The notes under the pieces are model-generated. The model made no database searches. It had not been told where the DNA came from and was given only the letters and a program-made list of their open reading frames with translations. Below are positions 9,501 to 19,600 of a stretch of DNA of 64,000 nucleotides, one piece after another. The DNA comes from Pedosphaera sp. GTDB lineage: Bacteria > Verrucomicrobiota > Verrucomicrobiia > Limisphaerales > SIBE01. Location: positions 45 through 64,044 of the forward strand of contig SIBE01000001.1 of assembly GCA_009695265.1 (NCBI GenBank), read 5' to 3'. Positions within the stretch are counted from its first letter, which is position 1. Every line of letters begins with the position of its first letter. A program made the translations under genes and the position numbers.

Positions 9501-12500
9501 GTTCGAAGGAAGTGAGCGATGGGTTCGGGCGTCTGGACGGCAAGCGATTTTGCGAAGTGAGGACGGTCAGCTAATATTTTTCCGATCATCCGGCTGCACG
9601 AATTGCCTGGCCCAATCTCGATAAAGGAACGGATCCCGGAGTTGTGGGCCGCACGGATGAGGCGCGGAAAATCAATCGTCTCCAGAGCCTGCGCCTCGAT
9701 GGCATCGGCGGCTGTTTCCTGATCGAGAGGATAAACGCGCCCCCATGCTCCGCTGTAGAAATCAATCCCCGCGGGCGGGATGGTTTTGAACCGGTGCATT
9801 TCGCGATAGGGACCGCGGACACTTCGGGCCAGTTCGCAATGGACGGTGCTTACACCTCTCAGAGGGAACCAGTGGCCACCCAACCGTTTGACGACAGATT
9901 CGACGACCGTCCGGTTCCCTCCGAGAACGCACTCATCAGGCGTGTTTACAATCAAAATATAGACTTGGCTTTGGGTTCCGATCGCGGCGCGCGCCTCCTC
10001 CGCAGAACGATCGATGACCCCGGCGGTCCATTCCGCGAGGGCATCTTCAGCCAGTCCCCATACCGCTCTGAGCACGGACGGGTGTCCGGCAAGGTCGCGA
10101 GAAAAAAGCGGCGACTTTTGCAGCCGCGCCCACATTTCGTCGCGTTGTCGCCAGGCACGAAAGGCGAAAAGCGCGGTGGATTCTCCGAGGCTGTAACCGA
10201 TCGAGGCGCGGGGTTTCAACCCAAAGGAGAGGGCTAGGTCGCTCATCATTGTGCCAAACGAGACCTGCCCGCAGATCATTGCGCGATAGTCCGAAGCGAG
10301 CGCGTCCGAGAGGGACGGCCTCCAGAAGCAGTCTGTGAACATCTGGCTCGCGAGCCGCTCATTTTCGGCGTCCTGAACTTGGAGGATTCGTGGCCACTCG
10401 AGCGCGAACTCTCTCCCCATGTCTGGAAACTGATTCCCTGAGCCGGGAAACACGAATGCGAGTCCACCTAGATCCTGGTTGGCCGACGGCTTTGAAACAA
10501 AAACCCGTTGACGTTCCTCGGATTCCACGCCGCCTTGGGTGCCGCGTTGAATTGCCGCGCCCACCATTCCGGCCAAACGAGGGAGATCATAAGTGTCCCG
10601 CGCCAGCAACGCCGTTCGCCACGGACCTTTCCCCCGAGAGAACGGTGAATGCCACCAACGGTGTGCCAGCTCTGCGATCGGCATGTTCCTGGCCGGGGAG
10701 GCCATCGAGACCAGCGCCGTGAGCGTATCTCGGAGGGAATCGTGATCCGCTGCCGAGGCCAGAAACAAAGCCTCTGATCCTGGTCGAGTTCGTGTGATGG
10801 GACGAGTCTGCGCCTCGCGAGAGTCGGGCTTCTCGCACGCTTCCAACACCAGATGAACACAGTTCCCATCTATCCCCATACTGCTGACGCCGGCGCGGCG
10901 CGGGCCGAGGATTCGATCTCGAACCCAATGCTTCGACGCGTGCGGGATCTGGATATTTTCGAATTGTGCCAGCAGAGCCAATGGTTCCCTGCAGCCTCGC
11001 AAACCGGGAATTGTTTCATGATGCAGGCAGAGGCTTGCTTTGATGAGTGAAGCAAGTCCGGAAACGGCACCGGTGTGGCCCACGTCGGCCTTGGCGCTTC
11101 CGAGTTGCAGAAAAGTTCTCCGGTTTCCACCCCCAAAAAACTCCACGATAGCTGCAGCCTCGGAGCGGTCTTCGTTTGGAGAACCGCTCCCGTGGGTTTC
11201 GAGGTAGCTCACGGTTTCTGGAGAGACGCCTGCCTCGTTGTAAGCGCGGCTGAATGCCAGTTGAACTGTGGCTGGCGCGGGACAGGATGTGCCCGCGTTC
11301 GGATCACTCGCTGCGCCGACTCCCCGGACAACGGCATAAACGCGATCTCCATCGCGCTCAGCGTCACTCAATCGTTTCAGGACCACGCAGGCAGCGCCTT
11401 CTCCGGGGATAGTTCCATCCGCTGCGTGGTCGAACGGGCGCGCGAACCCGCTTTTCGAATACGGGTTCACCAAGTCGGTCGCCAGTAGAGTTCTTACGTC
11501 TCCAGCTAGATCGACCGCGCCAGCAAGGGCTAGGTCGAGTTCTCTATTTTGAAGCGCTCGCACAGCGACTTCCACCGCGCGCAGGCCGGATGTGTCTTCG
11601 CTGCAGAGGGTGTGGGCGGGGCCTCCGATCCCAAATTCCCGCGCCACTCTGCTAGCTACCACACCTCCCAATGCTCCCAATGTTCTGTCCGCGGTCAACG
11701 GTGGGCCTGAACCTTCTCGAACCTCACTGAGCCATGCTGAACTTGTTTCATCCCCCTTCTGGAGCAGCCCGTCCTGTTGCCGCTCCCGTTCCCTTCGGAT
11801 CGTGGCCCAACGGAAATGGAAGTCCGTGGTTCGCATGTCCAGGCCAAGACCAATGAAGACTCCCGTCCGAGACGAATCCACCTTTTCAATCTGAGCATCG
11901 GCTATGGCCGACTTGGCGGCATCGAGCATGAGCAGTTGTTGAGGCAGCATCTCGGACAGCTCGCGGGGTGAGATGTGAAAACGATCGATGGGGACTGAGA
12001 AGTCTTCCACGTAAAAGCCCGGGAACAAAGGGGCGCCGCCTTTCCAGGCTTGGCTGATTTCAGGACCGCTCAAGCCGCGCCAGAGGTCGCGTGGTGACGG
12101 GACATTGCTGTCTCCTCGCAGGACCCTTTCCTGGAAGGTCTGTAGGCTGGTCCAAGGTCCAATCCGGGTGGCCAATCCTACGATCGCCACCGGTTCTGTT
12201 GGTAATCCCGCCTCAGGAACCCTCTGTCTCGCGGAGCGCGCGGGCTGTCTATCCGGGAGCCATTCCTCGATGAGCAGGTGCGCGTTGATTCCGCCAAATC
12301 CAAACCCGCTTATCGCGGCGCGGCGGGGAATATCGCCGACGCGGCGGTTCCAGGCCTCGCTTCGGGAGAGAATGGTAAAGGGGCTCCCAGCGAGCTTCAC
12401 GGCGGTCGATGGTCGCTCAAAGTTCGCGACGGGGGGGAAGATTCCTCGGTTCATCGCGAGGATCGTTCTGATCAACCCAGCACTGCCGGCCGCTGTCAAG

Positions 12501-13642
12501 AGATGGCCGATATTCGATTTCACCGCGCTCAAAACGCAGCGGCCTCGACGGTCTTCCCACAGTCGGCACAGGCTTTCAAATTCGACGGCGTCGCCGACCG
12601 GTGTCCCCGTGGCGTGGCACTCGATCAGGTCCACCATGTCAGGAGTCCATCGGGCTTGTGAATAGGCTCCCCGGAGGGCTCGCAACTGACCTTCCGAGCT
12701 CGGGGAGAGCAGATTGCCTTCTATGTCGTTGGACAACCCGACCCCTCGGATCACAGCGGCAATGGAATCGCCATGCTCCCGCGCAGTCTCCAGTCTTTTG
12801 AGCATCACGACACCGGATCCTTCACCGACAATCAGCCCGTCTCCCTTTTGATCAAAAGGGGAGCATCGACCGCTTGGGGACAGCGCGCGGAGTTGTGAGA
12901 ATCCCATGTGTGTGTAGAGAGAGTCAGGTCTCGACAGGCCACCCGCGAGCATGGCGTCGGCGCGATTCGACAGGAGTTCATCACACGCCAGCTTGATGGC
13001 GTAGAGGGACGAAGCGCACGCGGCGTCCAGTGTGAAAGCGCCTCCGCCCAGCCCGAGCGCCCTGGCGAGAATGCCGGCGGGAAGTCCCGTGACATACCGG
13101 TCAAGTGGGCTGGAGATCGCGCGAGGACGTTCATCGCCCCTGCCCATAAGGCGGGCTTCGAACAGCGGGGAAAGAATTTCGTCCGCGAGCTTGGAGGCAC
13201 CGGAGGTCGGCAGGGCGATGTTCCCAACAATGACACCGATCCGGCTGCGGTCGAGATGTGTGGTCTTGGCGCTTGCGAACGCGCTTTTGCCCGCATGGAT
13301 CAGCATGTGAAACATCGGATCCAGCGCCCGGGACAGGTGGGGTGGAAGCGTTGACGCGGAAAAGTCGGGGACAAAATCCTCGCAAAAACCTCCGCGCGTC
13401 GTGAACACAGAATCCATCAACCCCGGAGTGGCGCTGCGGACGCTCGCAGGATCGAGGATCCAACGGCCTGGGGTTACCGTGCGGCACATGTCTCGACCCT
13501 GCTCGACAAGAAGCCAGAAATCTTCAAGCGATTGGGCCCCGGGAAAAACGCCGCTCATGCCAACAATGGCGATCGGCTCTGAGAATCTGGCGTCCGGCAC
13601 GCTCCCCCCGCTTGCTGAATTACTTTTCAAGCTCGAGGCCAT
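6593..13642 (-). CDS. pfaC: PUFA-synthase subunit, PfaC-like with fused acyltransferase: KS - CLF - AT - 2x FabA-type DH
   Basis: 2349 aa.
- KS: DAACASS (Cys209, nt 13016-13018), CHATGTPVGD and SNIGHLL.
- Second KS-like domain from about aa 483. Its active-site stretch reads HTLCSEDTSGL, with no DxAC motif, so it is of chain-length-factor type.
- AT: GYSLGES (about nt 10190).
- Two FabA-like dehydratase modules: CHFVDDQVMPG (about nt 8010-8040) and AHFYQDPVVPG (about nt 6880-6910). Confidence 0.9.
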   Translation of the reverse strand: MASSLKSNSASGGSVPDARFSEPIAIVGMSGVFPGAQSLEDFWLLVEQGRDMCRTVTPGRWILDPASVRSATPGLMDSVFTTRGGFCEDFVPDFSASTLPPHLSRALDPMFHMLIHAGKSAFASAKTTHLDRSRIGVIVGNIALPTSGASKLADEILSPLFEARLMGRGDERPRAISSPLDRYVTGLPAGILARALGLGGGAFTLDAACASSLYAIKLACDELLSNRADAMLAGGLSRPDSLYTHMGFSQLRALSPSGRCSPFDQKGDGLIVGEGSGVVMLKRLETAREHGDSIAAVIRGVGLSNDIEGNLLSPSSEGQLRALRGAYSQARWTPDMVDLIECHATGTPVGDAVEFESLCRLWEDRRGRCVLSAVKSNIGHLLTAAGSAGLIRTILAMNRGIFPPVANFERPSTAVKLAGSPFTILSRSEAWNRRVGDIPRRAAISGFGFGGINAHLLIEEWLPDRQPARSARQRVPEAGLPTEPVAIVGLATRIGPWTSLQTFQERVLRGDSNVPSPRDLWRGLSGPEISQAWKGGAPLFPGFYVEDFSVPIDRFHISPRELSEMLPQQLLMLDAAKSAIADAQIEKVDSSRTGVFIGLGLDMRTTDFHFRWATIRRERERQQDGLLQKGDETSSAWLSEVREGSGPPLTADRTLGALGGVVASRVAREFGIGGPAHTLCSEDTSGLRAVEVAVRALQNRELDLALAGAVDLAGDVRTLLATDLVNPYSKSGFARPFDHAADGTIPGEGAACVVLKRLSDAERDGDRVYAVVRGVGAASDPNAGTSCPAPATVQLAFSRAYNEAGVSPETVSYLETHGSGSPNEDRSEAAAIVEFFGGGNRRTFLQLGSAKADVGHTGAVSGLASLIKASLCLHHETIPGLRGCREPLALLAQFENIQIPHASKHWVRDRILGPRRAGVSSMGIDGNCVHLVLEACEKPDSREAQTRPITRTRPGSEALFLASAADHDSLRDTLTALVSMASPARNMPIAELAHRWWHSPFSRGKGPWRTALLARDTYDLPRLAGMVGAAIQRGTQGGVESEERQRVFVSKPSANQDLGGLAFVFPGSGNQFPDMGREFALEWPRILQVQDAENERLASQMFTDCFWRPSLSDALASDYRAMICGQVSFGTMMSDLALSFGLKPRASIGYSLGESTALFAFRAWRQRDEMWARLQKSPLFSRDLAGHPSVLRAVWGLAEDALAEWTAGVIDRSAEEARAAIGTQSQVYILIVNTPDECVLGGNRTVVESVVKRLGGHWFPLRGVSTVHCELARSVRGPYREMHRFKTIPPAGIDFYSGAWGRVYPLDQETAADAIEAQALETIDFPRLIRAAHNSGIRSFIEIGPGNSCSRMIGKILADRPHFAKSLAVQTPEPIAHFLRTLAGAFVEGSPLDLDFLYPGIPAIGGTADIESVKPVKTVTVSLSGAPFVVPANSLARHRRVEGRLSIPIEQNGLDVPVRPPLSSFTDPSPASMEAFRTAMIGRFSDAETATAQAHAAFLEFSSNLSDSLAQALTRQIELEKIASESGVVVSALSGTFPLEKPQFGGSLANEKLREEQEQPVAVHVQEELRTTAESAPKAPRSLDRTACLEFGRGRVGDVLGQAFAEADSFPTRVRLPDEPLMLVDRILEIHGTPLSMTHGRVVTEHDIHAGAWYLDCDRIPTCIAVEAGQADLFLSGYLGIDFQTRGRSVYRLLDARVCFHRNLPGPGNVIRYDIRIERFFRQSDTWLFKFSFEATVDGMPFLSMTEGCAGFFSAAELAGGRGIVRTSLDLKPIAGKRASDWEEFVEIKSEHYSSNQLDLLRQGDLAGCFGAPFDRLTLKKPITIPSGLMTLIQSISRLDPKGGRFGLGLIRGEAVIRPDDWFLKCHFVDDQVMPGTLMFECCLHTLRVFLLRLGWVSEEGQITLEPVPGIASQLKCRGQVTAASRTVTYEVSIKEIGYRPEPFVIADALMYADGKPIVEISNMSLRYVGATIETFRSLWATAAQPPRKRAIFDSDRILAFAIGKPSEAFGENYRIFDNDRVIARLPGPPYQFLDRVTEIRAEPWKIEPGAEIETQYDIPADAWYFEENRQRDMPFAVLLEIALQPCGWLAGYMGSALTSEEDLSFRNLGGTATQFENITAETGTLTVRVKLTRASSSAGMIIQFFDYSVTSRQGMVYKGDTYFGFFPKTALQKQEGLKDATRYVPSAEEQSGGKMLNFPAASPFPGKRLRLLDRIECWVEKGGPKGLGYIRATRLVRPEEWFFKAHFYQDPVVPGSLGLESFLQLLKFAAKERWGGDASQRFEAVALAKRHEWVYRGQVVPSNKLVTVEAIVTEVDDNQRLLRADGYLSVDGRLIYGMKDFTLRMRCC

Positions 13643-16600
13643 TCGATCGGAACGCGTCCCTGAGCGCCGCGTCCACTACGCACTCGCAGCCCTCCATGGA
13701 GGCGATCAAGTTGCCCTGGGGGTCGATGATCTCGACTGCCGCGCTGGCGATCGGGCCGTTGCCGCGGGAAGTTGCGATGCGTATCTGGATGCCGTCCTTG
13801 GGAAATGCGCCAACATATTGACGGTATCGGTCAATGGCGCAGGGCAGGGAAGGGGCTCCGCGGTGTGCTGAACTCCACAGAATCAGCAATTGGAACGTGC
13901 TGTCCAAGACAAGGGGGTCGGCAACCCACGCGCTTCGCAACGGATGCTGAATCCAGGCGCTGGGAGCAGGGGCGGATTTCACGACAGCCGAGATACCAGA
14001 CTCGGCGCAGGCTTCGACTTTCTCGATTCCGTGGAACGCGTCCCCGTGAAACAGGATCCCTCGGGCGTAAGGGTTCGAGAACCCGGCGCCAGCCTCCATG
14101 ACGAGCCTGGGCCTGGGCGGGGTGGGCAGGCCGTTGGGAGCCAGCAGAACCTCAGCCTGCGCGTGCAATGTCACGCGACCTTCGCGCTCGCTCGTGATAC
14201 GGACTGGCACCACGAAGCAATCGTTTCGCCATGCGCCTGCGGATGTTTTTAGGCTGATCAAGACAGACTGGTTTGCCTCGACGACAACCCCTTTGAGCAC
14301 CTTGAACCCATCGAACCCATGGAACGTCATGCCTGGGTTGTGATGGAGCGCCGCTTGGGCAATCCATTCGATCATCAGCGCGGCGGGCAGCACAGCGCGT
14401 CCATTGAACGCGTGCGAAGTCAGACACGGCAGCGAAGTTATCCCAACCCTTTGGTCGAACGCAACAGACTGCTCCGCTGGGAGCGTGGTCGGGGAATTTG
14501 TGGTGTGAACATTCGGCGAAGGGGCGATCGCAAGAACCTCCACGGCGCGATTTTCCGAGGAACAGATTTCTCGCAGCAGAAATGCTGCGCCCGCCTCGGG
14601 TTCGATGAGGCCCACGCCCTCTTGCTCAAATACCTTCCGAAGTCCAGGGGTGACCATGCCTCCGTTCCACGGTCCCCAATTCACAGACACAACTCGGCTG
14701 TCTGGCCTGCGGCGCGACTCGGCTTGGGCGAGCTTGTTGAGGACCTCGTTCGCCGCGGCATAATCGATTTGTCCGATCCGCCCGTACCGGCCTGTGTAGG
14801 ATGAGAACAGGGCGATGACACGAAGATTGTCCAAGGAAAGAGCGGCGAGAAGATTTCTTAGCCCCGAGACTTTGGTGCCATAGACGAGGTCGAATTGTTC
14901 GTCCGTCTTGTCTTCGATTAAACGGTCGGCGAGCACTCCAGCACCATGGACAAGGCCTTTGATTGGGCCGAACTCCTCCCGGACATCGCATATCACGCGG
15001 CTGACCTCGACCGATTCGCGAACGTCCACAGATTTGTAGATCGCTCGGGCTCCCACGGCTTCAAGGCGTCTGAGCTGCGCGCGGATTTCGCGTTGGGCCA
15101 TTAGATCGCGGTAGCGAGATTCCAGATCTTTCGGCTGGGTTTTGCCGTTCTGGTTTTTGAACAGCGACTTCTTGATCTCCTCCGGCGAGCTGAGGCCGTT
15201 CAGCCAGGCGGGTTCATTCTCGGCCAGCTGGCTTCGTCCCAGCAACACCATGATGGGGCGGAATGCGCGTGCGATCGCGAGCGCTGCCTCCCCGGTGACA
15301 CCCCGCGCGCCTCCCGAGACAATGAGCACATCCCCCAGTGCCAGAGGGGCGATCTCGGTCCCGTTACCCGCTGGAGCGAGCGTGACTTCCAGGGAGACTC
15401 GGCATTTGTCCGACAATCCCACTTCCACTGGGCCTTCGAGAAAGAGTTCGCTGACGATCTGCTCTGCCGCCGTTTGAGGGAGAAAGTTTTCCGGGTTGAT
15501 ATCGAGCGCTTTGCAATGGACCTCAGGCCACTCACGTCGTGCCGTTTTAACAAGGCCAGCCAGTCCGCCGCTGATGGGGTCACTCTTCCCATTCAAGCTG
15601 CCGAAACCGAATGCTCCGTCGAGGCGCGACACCGTGAGCAGGAGCGCTCCGGTTCGGTTGCCGGACTCGCGCAGCGCCGGCCCGGCGCGTTGGATGAGTC
15701 GAAAAGCGTCTTTGAGAAAGGTCTCGTGGCTCCCCTTTGACGGTGTGAGAATGACGAGCGCTTCCGGGGCGGCTAGATCCGGGCGGTTGAACCCGGTTTG
15801 TAAGTCACCTCGGTGAACTGAAAACCCAAGTGCCTGCAACCGATCCACGGTTATCGCCGCAAGTTCAGAACCATCGTCGGTCAGCCAGACGGAGGCCCCT
15901 GCCCGGATGCTGATGGCCTTGCGCTGGGATCTTCCGGCCAGATCAACTGGACGGACTACCTGGCGCAGGATTCCTGGTATAAGGCGTGCGGATTCTTTTT
16001 CTGCAACGGCCGGGGCAGCAATCGGTGCTTCTCCCCCAGACGGGCTGTGCAAGAAGTCAACAATTTGCTGCAATGTTTGCAGGCTTCCAAGGTGTTCGGG
16101 TTTGATTTCTGGTGACCGGGGAAGCTGGCTTCTCAGAGACGCCATAATCTCGACGCGTTTGATCGAATCGATCCCCAGATCTGTGTCCAATCCCATTCCC
16201 AGGTTCAACATCTCAACTGGGTAACCAGTTTTCTCCGCCACCACAGCCAGCAAAATCCGTGGAACGTCGTCGTGCTTGATCGGTTCATGGGTCTCGATTT
16301 CGGGTTCCTCTTGAGGGGAAGCCGGGGCGCCGTTTTCAAGGAAAAGAACCACTTCCCCGAGTGTTTGCAGGGTTCCGAGATGCTCTGGCTTGATCTCGGG
16401 CGATCCCGGGAGTTTGGACCTCAAGGCCGCCATGATCTCGACACGTTTAATCGAATCGATGCCAAGATCGGCATCCATCCCCATATCGAGACTCAACATC
16501 TCGACGGGATAGCCGGTCTTTTCCGCGACCACTTCGAGGACAGCCTTGTCGTAGGAGGATCGGTCGGCGGGCTTTGATCCGGGCTGATGAGCGGGGGATT

Positions 16601-19600
16601 TGGCAGCAGGCAATGGTTGCGATGAGGCGTCGTCCGCGCGTGCCGCGTTTTGGTTTGGAATGGCTTGAGCGGACGCTGTGCTCGTTTCGAGGGCCGGGGC
16701 TCGAACTGTCTGCGAACGATTTCCTTCGCGCTGCGGCCCCCATGCTGTGGCTGTCCCAGGGTCGGCAGCCACGGAGGGACTTGCCACGACTTGGGATCCA
16801 AGCATCGCCTGAACGGCGCGCCGCGCGGAATCCTGACCCTCAAGGAATTGCTTGTGAAGCTGAGCTGTGTGTTCGTGCAAGCGCTGAAGGGCGAGGATTC
16901 CTTCCTGGGTCGTGCGTAGGGCTCCTGCAACGTCCGCCGGGGGCATCGAAGTGGGCGAGGGGACGGCGCGGTTGGCAGAGTGATCTGAAACCTTCGCTGT
17001 TCCCGTGGCGATCGCGCCGGGAGAAACCGCGTATTTTGGAGAGTGCCGAGGGGACTCTGAGAGCACTCGCTCCACCGGCGCAGACGCGCGCGAGACGGGA
17101 GGTCTTGGGGTTGCCGGAGAGCGGTAGTTGGCACCCGTGAGCTGGATTGTCAAGGCGGGTTTACCGAGGGCGGATTCCGCTGATTCGGGAGGGTTTTCCC
17201 AACGGTCCAAGGTTACTTCGTGGCCCAGGGAAGCCAGGCGGCTGAGCGCGAATGCCAGGTCGAAAGTTCCGGAGCGATTGCCCTTCGACGCATCGATGGC
17301 GATGGTTTCGACATCGCGGCTGAACAGGATCGATTGAACCAGGTCGATCAACACATGCCCTGGGCCGACCTCGATAAACGTCCGCACTCCGTCGGCGTGC
17401 ATTGCCCGGACCTGTTCCATGAAGTTGACAGGGCGCACTATCTGATTAGCGAGCAGTTCGCGGGCTTGTTTGGCTGTCTTCGGATATTCGCGTCCAGTGG
17501 TGTTCGCGTACACCGGGATTCGGCCCTTGCTGAAAGAGACGTTTTCGAGAGCTGCCGCGAAGGGGCCCAGGGCATCGGCGACGAGAGGGCTATGAAAGGC
17601 CGCGGAGACTTGGAGCACGCGTGTGCGAATGGAGCGCTTTGTCAATTCGCCCGCGGCTTTCTCGATATGTTCGACTGACCCCGCCAGAACAAACTGCTTG
17701 GGCGAGTTTCGATTGGCAACGACGAGGTGACCGTTTTCTTCCGCGAGAAACTGCCTGACGGCTTCTTCGTCTGCCTGCACCGCGAGCATGGCGCCGCGGT
17801 CTCCGTTGCCGTTGCCATTTGTTCTGGCCATCAGACGTCCGCGCAGATTAGAGAGGTGGTGCAATGCCTCGGGCTTGATGCGCCCGGCACCGCACAGAGC
17901 CAGTAGCTCTCCATAGCTATGCCCGCATGCTGCTTCCGGGGCAACTCCGAAATATGCTAGAACGCTGAAAGCTCCGATGCTGACCGCGCCAAGGGCGGGT
18001 TGAGCTATGTCCGTGGCTTTGAGTGATTCTTCCTGCTGGCGCCGCGCTTCGTCTGAGAACGCCGGATGCGGGTAAATGAAATCGCTCAGCTTTTTGCACT
18101 TCGCATGATCCGGGTCGTCGGCGAACACAGCGTCCGCCTCCGCCAGAGCGTCGAGCATCCCCGGGAACTGGCAGGCCAGGTCGCGCAGCATGCCGACATA
18201 TTGGGAACCTTGACCTGGGAACAGGGCACCCAGCATGCCGTGGGCTTTGCCGGAACCAAACGCGATGCCCACGGGAGCTGCCCAGGAGGATTTTTCCTGG
18301 TTTTTCTCCAGCATCTTGAGCGCGGTTTCCTTGAGGCTCGCGCGATCGGAATCGTTTGTAACGACGATCAAAAGCCGGTATTGAGAACTCCGATCGAATT
18401 GTTCGCGTGACTTCCGTGCGGCCCTTCTGAAATCCTGCCATCGCATGTCGGTTGGGTGCGCTGAGATCTGGGCGCGCAATGCCTCTAAACGGTCGCTCTG
18501 GAAAGCCAGGATTTCGACATCGCCATCCCAATCCACGCAGGGTTTGGCTTTCCCATGCTCCTCGAGGATACAATGAAAATTGGTGCCGCCGAAGCCCAAG
18601 GCGCTCACGCCCGCGCGGCGGGGATGAGATTTTACAGGGAGCCAGGGGCGTTTCCGGGTGTTCACATAGAACGGTGATTTCCCGGGAGCGGCTTCTTCGA
18701 TCGGCTGGCTGACTTTGATGGTGGGCGGCAGGATTTTCTGGTGCAGCGCCATGGCTGCCTTGATGAACCCGGCAACACCCGCCGCTGCCTTCGTGTGGCC
18801 GATCTGTGATTTGACGGACCCGAGGGCGCACCAAGGTTCCTGATGGAGTGGTGCCTGGAAAATCTCGGTCAAGGAGGAGAGCTCGGTTGCATCCCCCACT
18901 TTGGTGCCTGTTCCATGGGCTTCGATCAGGCCCATGGTTTGCGGGCTGGCTCCTGCGTTCTTGTAGGCTCGTTGGAGGGCCAGTTTCTGGCCGTCGGCCC
19001 GAGGGGCGTAGATTGCGTTGCCCCGGCCGTCGCTCGAAGAGCCCATGCCTTTCAACACCGCGTAAACCCGATCGCCATCTTTCTCCGCGTCTGCCAGCCG
19101 TTTCAGCACAAGGATGCCGAGGCCCTCTCCGAGGATCGTGCCGTCACAGTCTTTATCGAATGGTTTGGCGTCACCGGTGGGGGAAAGCGCCGGCGTTTTG
19201 CTAAAGCAGAGGTACATGAAGATGTCGTTGAACGTGTCCACGCCCCCCGTGATCACCATGTCTGAAAGACCCGCTGAAAGCTCGAGACTTGCCAGGTGGA
19301 TCGCCGCGAGCGAACTCGCACATGCTGCGTCCACGACACAGTTCGTCCCTCCCAGATCGAGCCGGCTCGCGATTCTGCCCGCGGCCACATTGCCGAGCAG
19401 GCCCGGAAACGAGTTCTCCTGCCAGCCTACATAAGAATCCGAGATGCGCTGAACGACGTCTTCCGCTACCTCCCCTTCGACCCCAGCGTCTCTGAGCGCT
19501 TTCCGCCAGATGGGATGCCCGAGGCGGGCACCCAGCGGGATCACGAGTTCGAGGGCGCCCGTCACGCCCAGGATGACGCTCGTGCGCTCTCGATTGAATG

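Noticed and set aside
13620-13642. The 23-nt overlap between pfaA and pfaC was considered as a sign of a frameshift-split single gene or of programmed frameshifting.
   Set aside because: pfaA ends after a complete DH domain. pfaC begins with a normal KS N-terminus (EPIAIVGMSG) a few residues after its ATG. Separate PfaA and PfaC subunits are the norm.
17917-18834. 305-aa ORF in another frame of the pfaA strand, plus many other 60-220-aa ORFs inside pfaA, pfaC and the ole genes.
   Set aside because: They are embedded in megasynthase coding sequence whose frame is fixed by KS/AT/ACP/KR/DH motifs. The alternative-frame translations are Arg/Pro/Ser-rich nonsense.
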